Below the pieces are notes generated by a model. The model made no database searches. It saw only the letters and a list, made by a program, of their open reading frames with translations, and was not told the origin of the DNA. From the NCBI GenBank assembly GCA_008632985.1, contig QPGO01000096.1:248001-295695 (forward strand): a DNA stretch of 47,695 nt, given 5' to 3'. Positions 1 to 10,820 of this stretch are shown in pieces. Numbering within the stretch: position 1 is the first letter of the stretch; each line of letters begins with the position of its first letter. Source of the DNA: Psammoneis japonica (lineage: Eukaryota). The position numbers were made by a program, and so were the translations under genes.

Positions 1-357
1 TTCGTCCGACATGCAGAGATAACAAATGCCTCCCTCGACTACGTAGTGAAACACGTGCTGATCATAGACATACGACATTTTGCCATCGACCGTGGGAATT
101 TTGGAAAGAAGCACCCGTGTGACTGTGGGGAAATTGCCTGTTGCTTTTGCATAACAAGAAAAACAAGAGCGAGTTAGAGAAAAATAAAAACAACGGTATG
201 TTGCAGCAGGTCCCGGTCATCACCACGTAGAAATCTACAGGATTCTGTACTAAGCGAAGAAAAAGAACATCACTTCAGCATGCTTCTTACCTGATGTCGC
301 AGTGTACTCTGCCAGTACCGTCTTTTGACGAGATACGAGACAGTAAACAATCGTCAT
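1..357 (-). CDS. VAMP7: VAMP7-type longin R-SNARE, 5' part (exon 1 291-357, intron 138-290, exon 2 137 to beyond window start); missed by the ORF track
   Basis: Manual spliced translation MTIVYCLVSRQKTVLAEYTATSG|NFPTVTRVLLSKIPTVDGKMSYVYDQHVFHYVVEGGICYLCMSDE matches the VAMP7 longin N-terminus. The GTAAG...CAG phase-1 intron joins in frame. Confidence 0.92.
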
Positions 358-565
358 GGTGCCTCTACGGTGTGATTATCGTAACGAGGAGGTTACTTGT
401 TGTTGTGTTGCACAATCTAACTGCTGTTGCTTTTTGCGTATTCGATGTCGATTCGTGGGACTTCGATCTCGTGCATTTTTTCAGTCTGAATCTGCATTTA
501 ACATAGTGACGTGGCATTGATTATTTTAGTTAGGGAATGAGAACCCGGTAGCATATACCAGGCCT

Positions 566-583
566 TACGTAGAAATCTACGTA
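566..583. promoter_or_regulatory. Palindrome TACGTAGA-AA-TCTACGTA in the ~290-bp divergent VAMP7/LIN9 promoter
   Basis: Perfect 8-bp inverted repeat. The 14-mer ACGTAGAAATCTAC recurs exactly at 225-238 in the VAMP7 intron. Confidence 0.4.
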
Positions 584-646
584 CGGCAGATCGTGCGGTA
601 CAAACCAGTTTTGGCCAGCACAACCCGCGCTCAACCAATTTTCACC

Positions 647-3600
647 ATGGCGACTCCTCTTCGTCGATCCCCACGCAGCCCCGACAAGGTCATTGACAAT
701 GACAGTGGTGCTAATGATATCAAGACGAATGACAGTGATGAGAAGGAGTCCGTCACTGGAACCGATAACATGGAATCACAATCGAAAATGACCTCTGAAT
801 CGGCATCCGACAGAGAGGAAACTTGCAAATCTGAATCTCCTGGGAAGCCTCCCTCGTCGTCTGGAGATGCTTCTGGCATAAAAGACGACTCCAACGACGT
901 ATTAATCGATAAGGAAGCGACAGACGACGTTGAAATGGAAGAAGCGGATACTCAAGAAAATGACGAGGTGGGAAAACAGACAGACAGTTCTCCCAAAGAT
1001 GCGGTATCTTCAACAGAGTCTCCCTCAAACGACGCTTCCAAATCTCCCATTGAAAAGAAACCTCCTTTGGAACTCCCTCCTGGAGCATTGGATCGTATAA
1101 AGTCCAACTTACAAATCACTGACGCATTGGAAGAGGATGGGATTTCCCAGAAGATGATTCAAATCGATCGCATCGTGATGGATCGCGCGCATCAAGTGGT
1201 GCTTCCAAGTGTCGATGACGATTCCGACGACGAGCATCAAGACTATCAGCGTATTTATCAACAAGAGGAACATCTGGTGATGATGCAACACAATTTTAGG
1301 CACGCGGTGCGAGGCGTTGACAAGAAGACTGCCAACTGGTTAAGAAGTGCCATGGGGCTGAAGAATAAGCATCACGTCCACGCGAATCGAGATGAGGAAG
1401 GGGAGTCTGACGAGGACGAAGACGAGACTCCAAAACGCAAGACGACATCTAGACGGCTCACACGTGGTATGGCGCGGACTACGCGTATTCGTAAGCGAGA
1501 AGAGCGCAATGTACGAGAAAACCAAGGACTTTACGCTCTCTTGGATGTTATCAAGGACTTGGAAGAGGATCACGGTCCTTTTCCGCTTATTGAAAGTCCT
1601 TCCGTGTCAGAAGAAGAGGAAGAGGAGGAACCGCCTCGTAAACGAGTGAAACCTTCCAAGCCGTCAAGGGCGAAAAAAGAAAAAGAACAGGCGAAACGAA
1701 CCTTGAAGGTAAAACCCCAACCACTGATTGCGATTGTTCCCCGAAAAACGAGTAGGAAACGACGCGCAGTCAAGGACACGGACAAGACCGTCCTTGTCAC
1801 ACGAATCATTGCGAATGGGAAGAGAATTTTAGGGCCTGTGAGTATTTGCATCTGCGTGGTATCCTCACAATCTGATTATTTTTTCATTTTTCTATTTTCT
1901 AACCCAAGCCTCGTTATTTGTTCCGTTTGTCGTTTTATAGGGTGAAAGGGAGGTCAGGAAGGGCTCATCTCGGACTACAGCGTCCAAAAAGCGAAAAGCT
2001 CCACCCGCTTCAACATCATTTGTTGCTCAGCCCTCTGCCGCCATGGTTGACGCAGTTGCTCCAGAATGGGAGAGAAATTTTGTTCTCGACTCGTTCTCCC
2101 CAGATGACGATAGCGACGAAGACGATCTCTATTCGGGTCGTTTGTTTGGTGAGCTAGCAAGCTCATTGAAAAACCCGGGCGTCGTGTCGTTGAATCTCCT
2201 TGATTGGAACCGACGACAACAATGGACTCCGGAAGAAGCCAATAAGGAACGAGCGCAACGTATCAAGTTTCCTCCAAATGTCCTTGACGCGGGAGTACAA
2301 GCAGCGTTGCCACCGTGGGAAACTGTCAATCCCATCCCTCGGGTTCCACGTGAGCCTTCTACGACAATGGAACCAAGCTGTCGCCGACATTCCAACGCGA
2401 CTTATGCGAAATGGTGCAACAAGCTCATCAATTTCATCAATGGGAGTGGACGGATGTTTGCAAAAGCGGAATTCTTTTACAGTGATATCGATCGGGCATG
2501 GTAAGACTTGGATGTTTCATCGGCCGTGAAAAATTCATAGCATATATCAATCTGACTTTTTCGTGTTTTTGTCTAGGTACAACTTGAATGAGTTCCAACG
2601 CGACGTTGCGGAACTAGGGGTTCCACCGTCTATGAAATTGACTCGAGCCGAGTGGAGAATAGTAAGGCGCAACCTACCAAATCGTCCCCGTCGATTTTCG
2701 AGACGATTTGTCCGCGAAGAGTTTGATCGATTAAACAAGTATCGTCGCCATGTGCGCGAGGTGCAAAGCAATCCCTCCACTCCACGCAGCCCAACCATGG
2801 ACCACGACATCCCTGCGCGAATCCGTGTCGGAGCTACAGTTACGGCCCACAACAAGAAAGCGCATCTGCTTCACCGAGGTATTGTCTTGGCTCATGACGA
2901 AAAACGCCAGGCGTACCTTATCCAATTTGAACGCAAAGAGTTGGGGTTTGAGCTGTGTCCTGATAGCGACGTGGCAAGCCATGGTGTGCCGGAAATTCTG
3001 CGAGCTGCCCCGAGTATATCATTAGATGGAACGGACTATTTCAGTTTTTCCAACCACGACAAGCCTGGCTCTCTCGTTTATGGAACCAGCTACAGCCAGT
3101 TGTCTGAATACACTCCACCGAAGAAAGCGAGTATGATAAAAGACCTGATTCGCTGCAATACATCATCATCTTTGCTAGCTGGCATTGATGCGTCGTCAAA
3201 GAGGCAACACAATACTACACAAACAGGGAAAGAAGCTCGAGAAAAATTCGTTTCAAAGGTGGCAGAGCGAGAAATGCTTGTCAAGCTGATGGGTTTTATC
3301 GATACTGCCCTGCACCGGAAAGATTTGTTGCTGCAAGCCATGGCCGAGTGTCACAGCGAGTTTGAAGCGCATTCCCCTACAGGTCATGGCGAGTCTGAGG
3401 ACACGGCTGACTTTCGGGATCATTATTCATGGCTGCATTCAAATCTCGTGGTAACAAACCAGTCATTGGAAGCGGCCCTGGTTCATTTACAGGTTATGTA
3501 CGGCGACCGATATGGCCTCACCCTTATCGGAAGCGATGATTCTCAAGCCAAGAAACGCAGGATCGAGCGAATACTGGCTGAAAATCCTTTGCCGAGTGGA

Positions 3601-4104
3601 AAACATGCAATTCAAGACGATGACTCGGTGCAAGAGCCGGACACTCCTAGCTTACATTGGATCACGACATTGCTCCGCGAAAGTGCTCTGACAGCAAAAG
3701 CAATGCAGCTGCGCATCTTAAACGAAGTTGTAGAAGAGTCAAGTTCAGATCAATGTCGGGAACGCTTCCTAGAGCATCGCCTCACAGGAGCGGGTCAACT
3801 GTTGCTCGCAATGAACTACGGTTGCGGCAGCTATGCTGATATCGGGGCCGAAGATTCAACGACTGCGCTACCCCCCATTAAAGTGGACCCCAGACTGTTT
3901 AGAATGGCGTTATCGGCCACTTTGAAAAATCTCGCCCCCAGACCTCTCAGCGTCGGAAACGATGAAACTCTGAAGGAGTTTGATTCTCAAAGGCTGGATG
4001 CCTACAAAGAGCTTGAGGATGCCGTAAATCTGTTGGAATCTGAAATGGCGGCGCAGCGAGCTTGCGAAAGACACGCTGTGTCTGCGGAGGGTGAGCCGTC
4101 ATAG
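647..4104 (+). CDS. LIN9: LIN-9/ALWAYS EARLY-like DREAM (MuvB) subunit with DIRP domain; exons 647-1837, 1941-2500, 2577-4104
   Basis: Two GT-AG introns join three ORFs in frame. DIRP motif EFFYSDIDRAW|YNLNEF...KLTRAEWRIVRRNLPNRPRRFSRRFVREEFDRLNKYR, followed by a Tudor-like segment (GATVTA...GIVLA...YLIQFER). Confidence 0.85.
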
Positions 4105-4470
4105 AAATCACTCTACTACTTACCAGGCCGTCGATATCAGACCGAAGAGAATTAAACGAAAATTAGTTGCTTCGATGCATCTATGAAAATGCTGAGCAGT
4201 GAAATTCGAGTGTCATGCCGTCACATTTTCGTCGCGAAAACTCACAATCGATTCATGTCCAAAGTATCCGATAACGTTTCAGTATTATGACAACGACTCT
4301 CGCAATGTTGGCCAAACATCACCGCTCAAAGAATCGAGTATGTAGTTATGCCTTGAAAACCAAGAAGACTGGCTGGGAATAAGCGATTCATGTCATGGCT
4401 TTCACTACTTATTCGCCGCAATAACCATGCGAAATGAGAGGAGGAAACTAAATAAATATATTATTGATTC

Positions 4471-5615
4471 TCAATCTCTTGCACGCATCTTATCTCGTTC
4501 GACACGAGAACGCTCGCTCAGTGTATCGTCGACACTCATGTACCATCCCGTGAATCCAAAACGATAGAAACCCGCATCTTGTGCCTTGTGAGAAACAGGA
4601 TATACATTGTGTTGCGGTCCAACCGGACGCGTCCGAAACAACAGGGCTGTATTGAAGGATGGAAAGATGGATTCACACCATGCTTCTTGGTATTTACGTT
4701 GCATTTGTAACATGTAACGTTGTCGGAACTCCGCCAGAGGATAGGGACATTCATATCGTGTCTGTCCTCCAAAGTCTTCTTGCCATGTTTGTTGTGCCGT
4801 CATCGTCGTCGTCGTGTTGTTAATTATTGTTTGTGGACCATCCATGAGTGACACGACAAAGGCCCATGTTCCCGCCGAACCGTCATTGTGCGTATTCAAA
4901 AAGTCTCGCGTGCCGTAATAGGTAACAAAGAGGTCACTCAACTCGGGTTGAAACTTGGTGGGTGTCGATGAAAAGCTGTCGCGCTTTACAACTTCTTCTA
5001 CCCTCGCCATCATTTCGGGTGACGCCATGACGTGCTCTATTTCTTGCACCAGCTCATGAGACGGCAACAGTTCCCACTTACTGTAGGCAAATTGATTGTG
5101 CTGATCCAGTAGCTGTGCAATTCTGTTGCGCTCCGCGATTTTGTCTAGACTCCGAGTCTTTTGATTGTTTGGAACTTTCAACGATACCTTATCAGAGCCA
5201 TTGTTGTTGGTGGCAAATCTCCAGGAACTAGCGTCATTGTTTGCATGCCGATTCCATTCGTGTCTCATGGTATCGCGCCACTTCTGAGCCAATGCAGGAG
5301 GCAAAAAATCCTTGACGACATAGACTTGAATACCGGGGCCTGACAGAAACGTTCGATACTCTGCCGGGGGCACGACGCAAACTGGGACGACAACAAATCG
5401 GCTGAAGCAGAAGACGAAGAACCCTGGCTTGTCTTATTTCGGTATCTCGTGTACAGCAATGTCACCACCAACACAAGAATCCCACTTGACAGTTTTCCCA
5501 GTTTGCTGCTGCCGCCGACCTTGTGTTTCTGCTGCTGCTGCTGCTTGGGAGGAAGCTTATTCTCCGTCTGCTTTTTTTGGGATTTCTGAGACTTACGTTT
5601 TCGAAGCGCAGCCAT
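4471..5615 (-). CDS. 2OG-Fe(II) oxygenase (prolyl-hydroxylase-like) with N-terminal membrane anchor; one apparent frameshift near 5365-5390
   Basis: HxD motif in YYGTRDFLNTHNDGSAGTWAFVVSL, distal His in PQHNVYPV, and RFGFTGWY. The N-terminus MAALRKR...GILVLVVTLLY lies in an adjacent frame (ATG 5615). Confidence 0.75.
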
Positions 5616-5893
5616 GACAAACGAAACAGTAAACGGAGAGAGGCAAGCAGAAGATGAAAAGAGCCAACGCAAACAATGCTGTAATGAATGCGCTTCACTC
5701 TTTCTCTTCATTGCTGAAATTTCAAAAATGTCACGCAGACATTTCAGGCATTCGGACTTTTAGACTTTTTCTGGTGAAAAAAGGAAAAAGAGAAAAAGTT
5801 GGAAAAAGCGAAAAAATCTTTCTTTTTGACAAAATCTTTCTCACAACGACGAGGAACTGGAACGGCACAGGCAATGCTGGATACGTTTTCACC

Positions 5894-7279
5894 ATGAGCC
5901 GCAATACGGCTGTTCTCAACGACAGATACAACAGCAGAAGTAGCCCTATCTGCTTTCGAATATCGGGTCGTGCTGCTCATGGAAGAATTGCTCCACTGTT
6001 ACCGTCGCACTGGATTGATAAGAGTCCGTATGCCGCTGAGGAACCTACTACTTCGCATAATGACGACGACTGCAAAAGTAGCATAGACTTTCTATGGGAG
6101 AATGCTCCTAGAAACGAGACAAAGCCCTATCGAGACCATGTCAATGTTTACTCTCACTTGCCGAATGGAACGTGTGTACTAGATGACAAATGGGTACTTT
6201 CGCGTTTCTTTTCTGCTCGAGATGAAAACGACCCTGGTGAATTGGCAACTTTGAAAAGCCACTGCTTTCGCGGGCACAAGGGGTTTCGAGACTTTTGTGA
6301 TGTTGTCGGACTAAACGAACATGATACGAGTGATTTTCCTCAGGATGAAACGTTACAAGACTTGATGAACGAGAATCAGAAACCGATAAGAGGAAACAAC
6401 TCCCCGCAAAGCACCAACATGTGGGTAATCAAGGATGCGCAGTCGAATGGTGCTGGAGGAATATGGATTGTCGGACCTGAAAATGTCTCTCGATTCAAAG
6501 ACGATACCACAACTCCACTTTTGGAGGAGCACCGCTATGTCGCACAAGAATACGCCTATCCACCCGTACTGTACCATGGGCGGAAATGCCATGTTCGCGT
6601 TTATGGACTCATCACTGCAGATGGACGCGCATATTGTCACAAGCGAGCCTTTCTTCATGTTGCCAATGATGCATTCCACGTCAAACCGACCAAGGATGAA
6701 GCCGTGTTTGACGATTGTATTCACATTACAAACTGTTGTGCCAACAGTCACGATGATGGCAAGTTTAGTGGAGAGATTTGTGCCGATCTGGAAGCCTTTA
6801 CAACTCATTCAAGCGACGAATCAAGCGATACCGCAGTCATTTCCTTGGGATATTTCTTCCCATCCATTCGAGCCTCATTGGCAGCCTTGGCAAAGAGAGC
6901 GTATCCGTTCCTAAGGGGAGGCCAAGCCAATGGAGGATTTGAATACTTGGGAATGGATTTCATCTTGTCTTACGACGAGAACCAGAATCCCATTGCCTAT
7001 CTATTGGAAGTTAATGCACCGCCTTCTCAAGATACAGCTACAGGATTAAAACATGCTGAGGACTTGCACAATGAAGTGCTCAAGGATTTACTATCACTTG
7101 TTGTGCTCCCGAAGCTCTCCGACGAGGAACCCGTAGCTGGTGGATGGCGACTAGCGTACCAACCAAAAGACGAGTCAGATAGTCGTACTGCAGAGGCAGA
7201 CGATCTAATTATTCCATCCAAGGCTAGCATTATCAACAAGATTCGGCTAGCATTTTCGAAGGCAAGGCTTCCAAATTAG
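5894..7279 (+). CDS. Tubulin-tyrosine-ligase-family (ATP-grasp) domain; probably the 5' half of a fusion with the downstream aminotransferase
   Basis: Motifs WVIKDAQSNGAGGIWIV, VAQEY..PPVLYHGRKCHVRVY, HITN, FEYLGMDFIL and LLEVNAPP are characteristic of TTL/TTLL ligases. Confidence 0.85.
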   Translation: MSRNTAVLNDRYNSRSSPICFRISGRAAHGRIAPLLPSHWIDKSPYAAEEPTTSHNDDDCKSSIDFLWENAPRNETKPYRDHVNVYSHLPNGTCVLDDKWVLSRFFSARDENDPGELATLKSHCFRGHKGFRDFCDVVGLNEHDTSDFPQDETLQDLMNENQKPIRGNNSPQSTNMWVIKDAQSNGAGGIWIVGPENVSRFKDDTTTPLLEEHRYVAQEYAYPPVLYHGRKCHVRVYGLITADGRAYCHKRAFLHVANDAFHVKPTKDEAVFDDCIHITNCCANSHDDGKFSGEICADLEAFTTHSSDESSDTAVISLGYFFPSIRASLAALAKRAYPFLRGGQANGGFEYLGMDFILSYDENQNPIAYLLEVNAPPSQDTATGLKHAEDLHNEVLKDLLSLVVLPKLSDEEPVAGGWRLAYQPKDESDSRTAEADDLIIPSKASIINKIRLAFSKARLPN

Positions 7280-7399
7280 AAACCATGGGAAACAATCATG
7301 CTTCAGCTAGTGATTCTGAAACACCCTCAACGTCGTGTGGTAAGAGCAACGTCACGCCGACAGCCAAGTGATTCGGGCTCCATCACGCCTTCCATGGTT

Positions 7400-8878
7400 T
7401 CTTCCCACGCTCGATCAAGATTTCCTTACTTTTCTTGTTATTCTATTGCTGCTGCTTCTAGATTCCAAAGCGGCGCTCTCTAGCGAAATCCGGAACGGCA
7501 CATCCAATCTTTTTTGAGAATGCTGGTGGGTCGCAAGTGCCGTACACTGTCATTCACGCCGTTTCTTCCTCGCTGGCGCAACGAAACCGATCCATCATTG
7601 GGCACGAGGCCAAGGAAAAGGCACGAACGGCCTTGCTTCAGTTGGTCGGGGGAACTCCCCAAGATTACTGCATGTTGCTGGGCTCGAACGCATCGTCGTT
7701 GTTTGATGTATTGGCACGTCAATACACTTCCTTGGGAGCACTGACAAGAGACGATGAAGTTATTATTTGCTCTGAAAACCACACGGCAAATTCAAAGCCT
7801 TGGTTGGTTGCTGCATCCCGTGTGGGAGCAAAGATCAAATGGTGGACTTGCACTCCTCCAAAGGCCAGCATCGACTCGTCAGTGCCAGACGACGATGGTG
7901 ACATTGTCGTCTCTAGCGACTTGCAACAGCTACTGACTCCAAAGACTCGTGTCGTGGCGCTGTCACACAGCTCCAATATTCTTGGAGAGCTACGGAATTT
8001 GTCCGACATTTGTAAACAAGTTCGAAACGCAACACGAGGGCGAGCTCATGTCGTTGCAGATGGCGTCTCGGCCACACCACATGTCTTTGCCAATGTATCC
8101 GAGATTGGTGTGGATTGGTATGGTGTGTCTTGTCATAAAATGTTTGGTCCGCACCTTGGTGGCTTGTGCGCTAAACAGTCTGCTTTGCAGGAACTTTTGG
8201 GGACACAAGAAGTGAAGGAGATGGGCACTATTTATAAACATTTCGAGATTGGTACCATCAGCTACGAGGCCTGTGCTGGCGTTGTTGGACTTGCAACTTA
8301 TTTCCAAGATGTCGCTTGTTGCAAGTTTGAACAAAACTTTGATTCGATGCTAACTTCAGATGGTCAGCCCCCGTACCAGTGCACAGCCTCGCAGCGAGAC
8401 AGATACGAATGGAAGAATGGTAGAATCAACGACCCAATGCCGATCAAGTCTCCGCCAAGCCGTCCGTCTCTGACACAAGCCCAAGTTGAAGAAGCATATC
8501 GACGAATACGGCTCGTCGAGATGCCGCTGACGGAGTTGCTTTTGACGAGGCTGCGTCGCTGTCGCCGAGTACGAATCGTAGAGACGTCTTGCTCTGATTG
8601 CGTTTTGCGATTGCCCGTGATAGGTTTGTGCACAGAAGCATTTCATCCAGCGAAATTGTTAAGTTTTGCAGTGCCATGGCATTGCGTGCAGGAACGGGTT
8701 GTTCCTTTGTACCGGTCAATTTCAAAAGGATTTTGAATTGGCATCGGCAACAGACGCAGGCGAAGACGGAGCAAGCAACGCCGAAGGGATCGTTCGTATT
8801 TCATGCGCACACTACAACACTACGGACGAAGTCGAATTCATGATGAATAAACTCGAGTCCATGCCCAACTGGTGGTGA
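7400..8878 (+). CDS. PLP-dependent class-V aminotransferase / cysteine-desulfurase-like domain; frameshifts near 7440-7490 and 8620-8670
   Basis: Motifs ARSRFPYF, IFFENAGGSQVP, ENHTANSKPW, SHSSNILG, VVADG, SCHKMFGPHLG (PLP lysine), FEIGT, GIACRNG and VRISCAHYNTTDEV are spread over successive frames. Confidence 0.8.
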
Positions 8879-9021
8879 CTCTACTACTACTAGGCAATTC
8901 AATTATAATTTTGTCGTATCTGTGTAACTCCGCCGCGTGTAGCGGTTTTCACTAGTTCCTTTTCGTGCAATTCTTATTGACATAAAGTGTTATGCGTTGA
9001 CGCATTCGCCATCTTTCTCAT

Positions 9022-10299
9022 TCACGAGCTCGTTTCCGCATCAGTGCTCATTCGATCTGGACCGTACTCTGGCGGAGGTTCTTTCCCGCAGCGTCGAAAG
9101 AGATACGCCACCTCAATGTCCTTGGTTAGCGGTATAATGATATCTCTGTAGATACTTTCAATGACTGCCGGGTCGACCTTTCCATCATGATATTCCTTTT
9201 TGTCGCCCATGGCTTCGACCGCAGCTACAACCGCCGACGCTGCTGCTGCAGCAATGATTGATGTCGAGTCTTCGGAAGACGAGCCCAATTCATCCAACAA
9301 GTGAGGGGGGAGGGATTTCAATGGCTCGCGTCCATATGTGGCTGCTTTGAGACGAGCTCTCCTCAAGACTTGCTCCTCGACCTTTGCATTTGTCAAGAGT
9401 TTCATAACACCGTCGGCATCCCCCGCTTCTACCAGTTTGTGATAGGCATCTGGATCCGCGCGAAATTTGATTCTGCAACAAACTTTCCGTAGTGGACTCG
9501 ACGACTCAATGCCTGAAGGACCTGTATATCTGCAAGTACGGTTGATCCGTGTTGCTCGTCGTCTCCCGACAATGTCAAGGATGGAACAATTTCGTTTATG
9601 TACTTGGACATTAAAATGGGGTTGAAATTGATTTGCTCGCCTCTTCATCCAACAAACTTGGGTATTCTAACTTTGGTAGCGCCTCAAGCTGTGTCGGAAG
9701 TCGGTCTGGAAAAAACGCGTGCTCTTCCGGAGATGTGTAACGACGAACACAACAATGAAGTACCTCCTGTAAGGGTGTTGTACAAGACAATAGAAGCAAA
9801 AATGACGGTTACTCATATCAGGAACGAAACTTCCTCTTGAGAAAGCAAAACATGCGACCTACCGTTCCAACAAGCATATACTCCATAAAACTCAATTCCT
9901 CGCTATTCTTGGGAACAACACTTCCAGCTGGTACACCGAGCGATTCGAATCCACCGTGTCGGTAAACAATTTTGTTTTTCCTGAACTGAGAGCGTTCGAT
10001 GAGTGCAAAGATGATGGTTTCTTCTTGACGAATGAGGGTGGAGCGGATAGAGTCCAAACTGAGTACATCCGCAGTTTTCACATTATCTTCTGTTCCACAG
10101 TGTCTTGGCCATTCACAATTGTTGCGGCCAAGGCAGGACTGCTTCTTGTTGATGTACAGGAATTATGAGGCAAAACGGATGGTCCCCACCGATTGCGGCC
10201 TGTGGTCGAGTCAGTCGCAAAAGCGTGACAGCAAGAAAGCACTATCGCTATTGATATAGACAGGACTCGGCCAGTAGGCCATCTTGTGTGCACCAACAT
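9022..10299 (-). CDS. Eukaryotic (AroQ-type) chorismate mutase with bipartite plastid-targeting presequence; intron 9767-9862; apparent frameshifts near 10090, 9630 and 9465
   Basis: Motifs LSLDSIRSTLIRQEETIIFALIERSQF, RRYTSPEEHAFFP, LQALSRRVHYGKFVAE and IIPLTKDIEVAYL. The upstream frame has a signal peptide ending CHA-F (ASAF-like). Confidence 0.9.
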
Positions 10300-10820
10300 T
10301 GCTTCAACGCAAACAACACACGTCCTTTGCCGAAGCAGGAAGCAGGGCGATGTCCCTATGCGGCTAGTCTACCTATCATTTATTTTGCATCGTTCGCACG
10401 CGGCGTGGTTCGCACCTATACCGTATCGCTTATCTTCAGCTGCGATGTCTGTGCTTCGCGTGCCGCTTGCTCGATCGATCGATCGATTCGATCGAATCCA
10501 AATCACATGCCTCTGTTCATCTATCGTCCAATGCGCTGCAACTGATCTGGTACCTTGTTGGTATGGTGTACGGTAGGTTTTGACTGGAACAGCTAGCCAA
10601 CTTCAAACTATTTCTTGCTTCAATCCATGAACAGCAACTCGAGGAAGCGCAAAGTCCAGTCCGACTTCCTTCAGTTACTATGGTACGAGTATACCGGTAT
10701 ATCGTATATCTGTTTTGTATGCAAAGGTGTAAAAGCTAATACTTCTAGATGTACATAAGCGACCCCTCTCCAGGTAGCGACCAGCCCGAACATATAAAAT
10801 GCAACTGTCAAACACAAACG

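Noticed and set aside
5654..5893. Long N-terminal extensions given by the ORF track (also 593-646, 22615-22698, 39106-39459)
   Set aside because: These run through promoter-like sequence or the neighbouring gene's 5' region. Downstream ATGs in ACC-ATG context are better starts.
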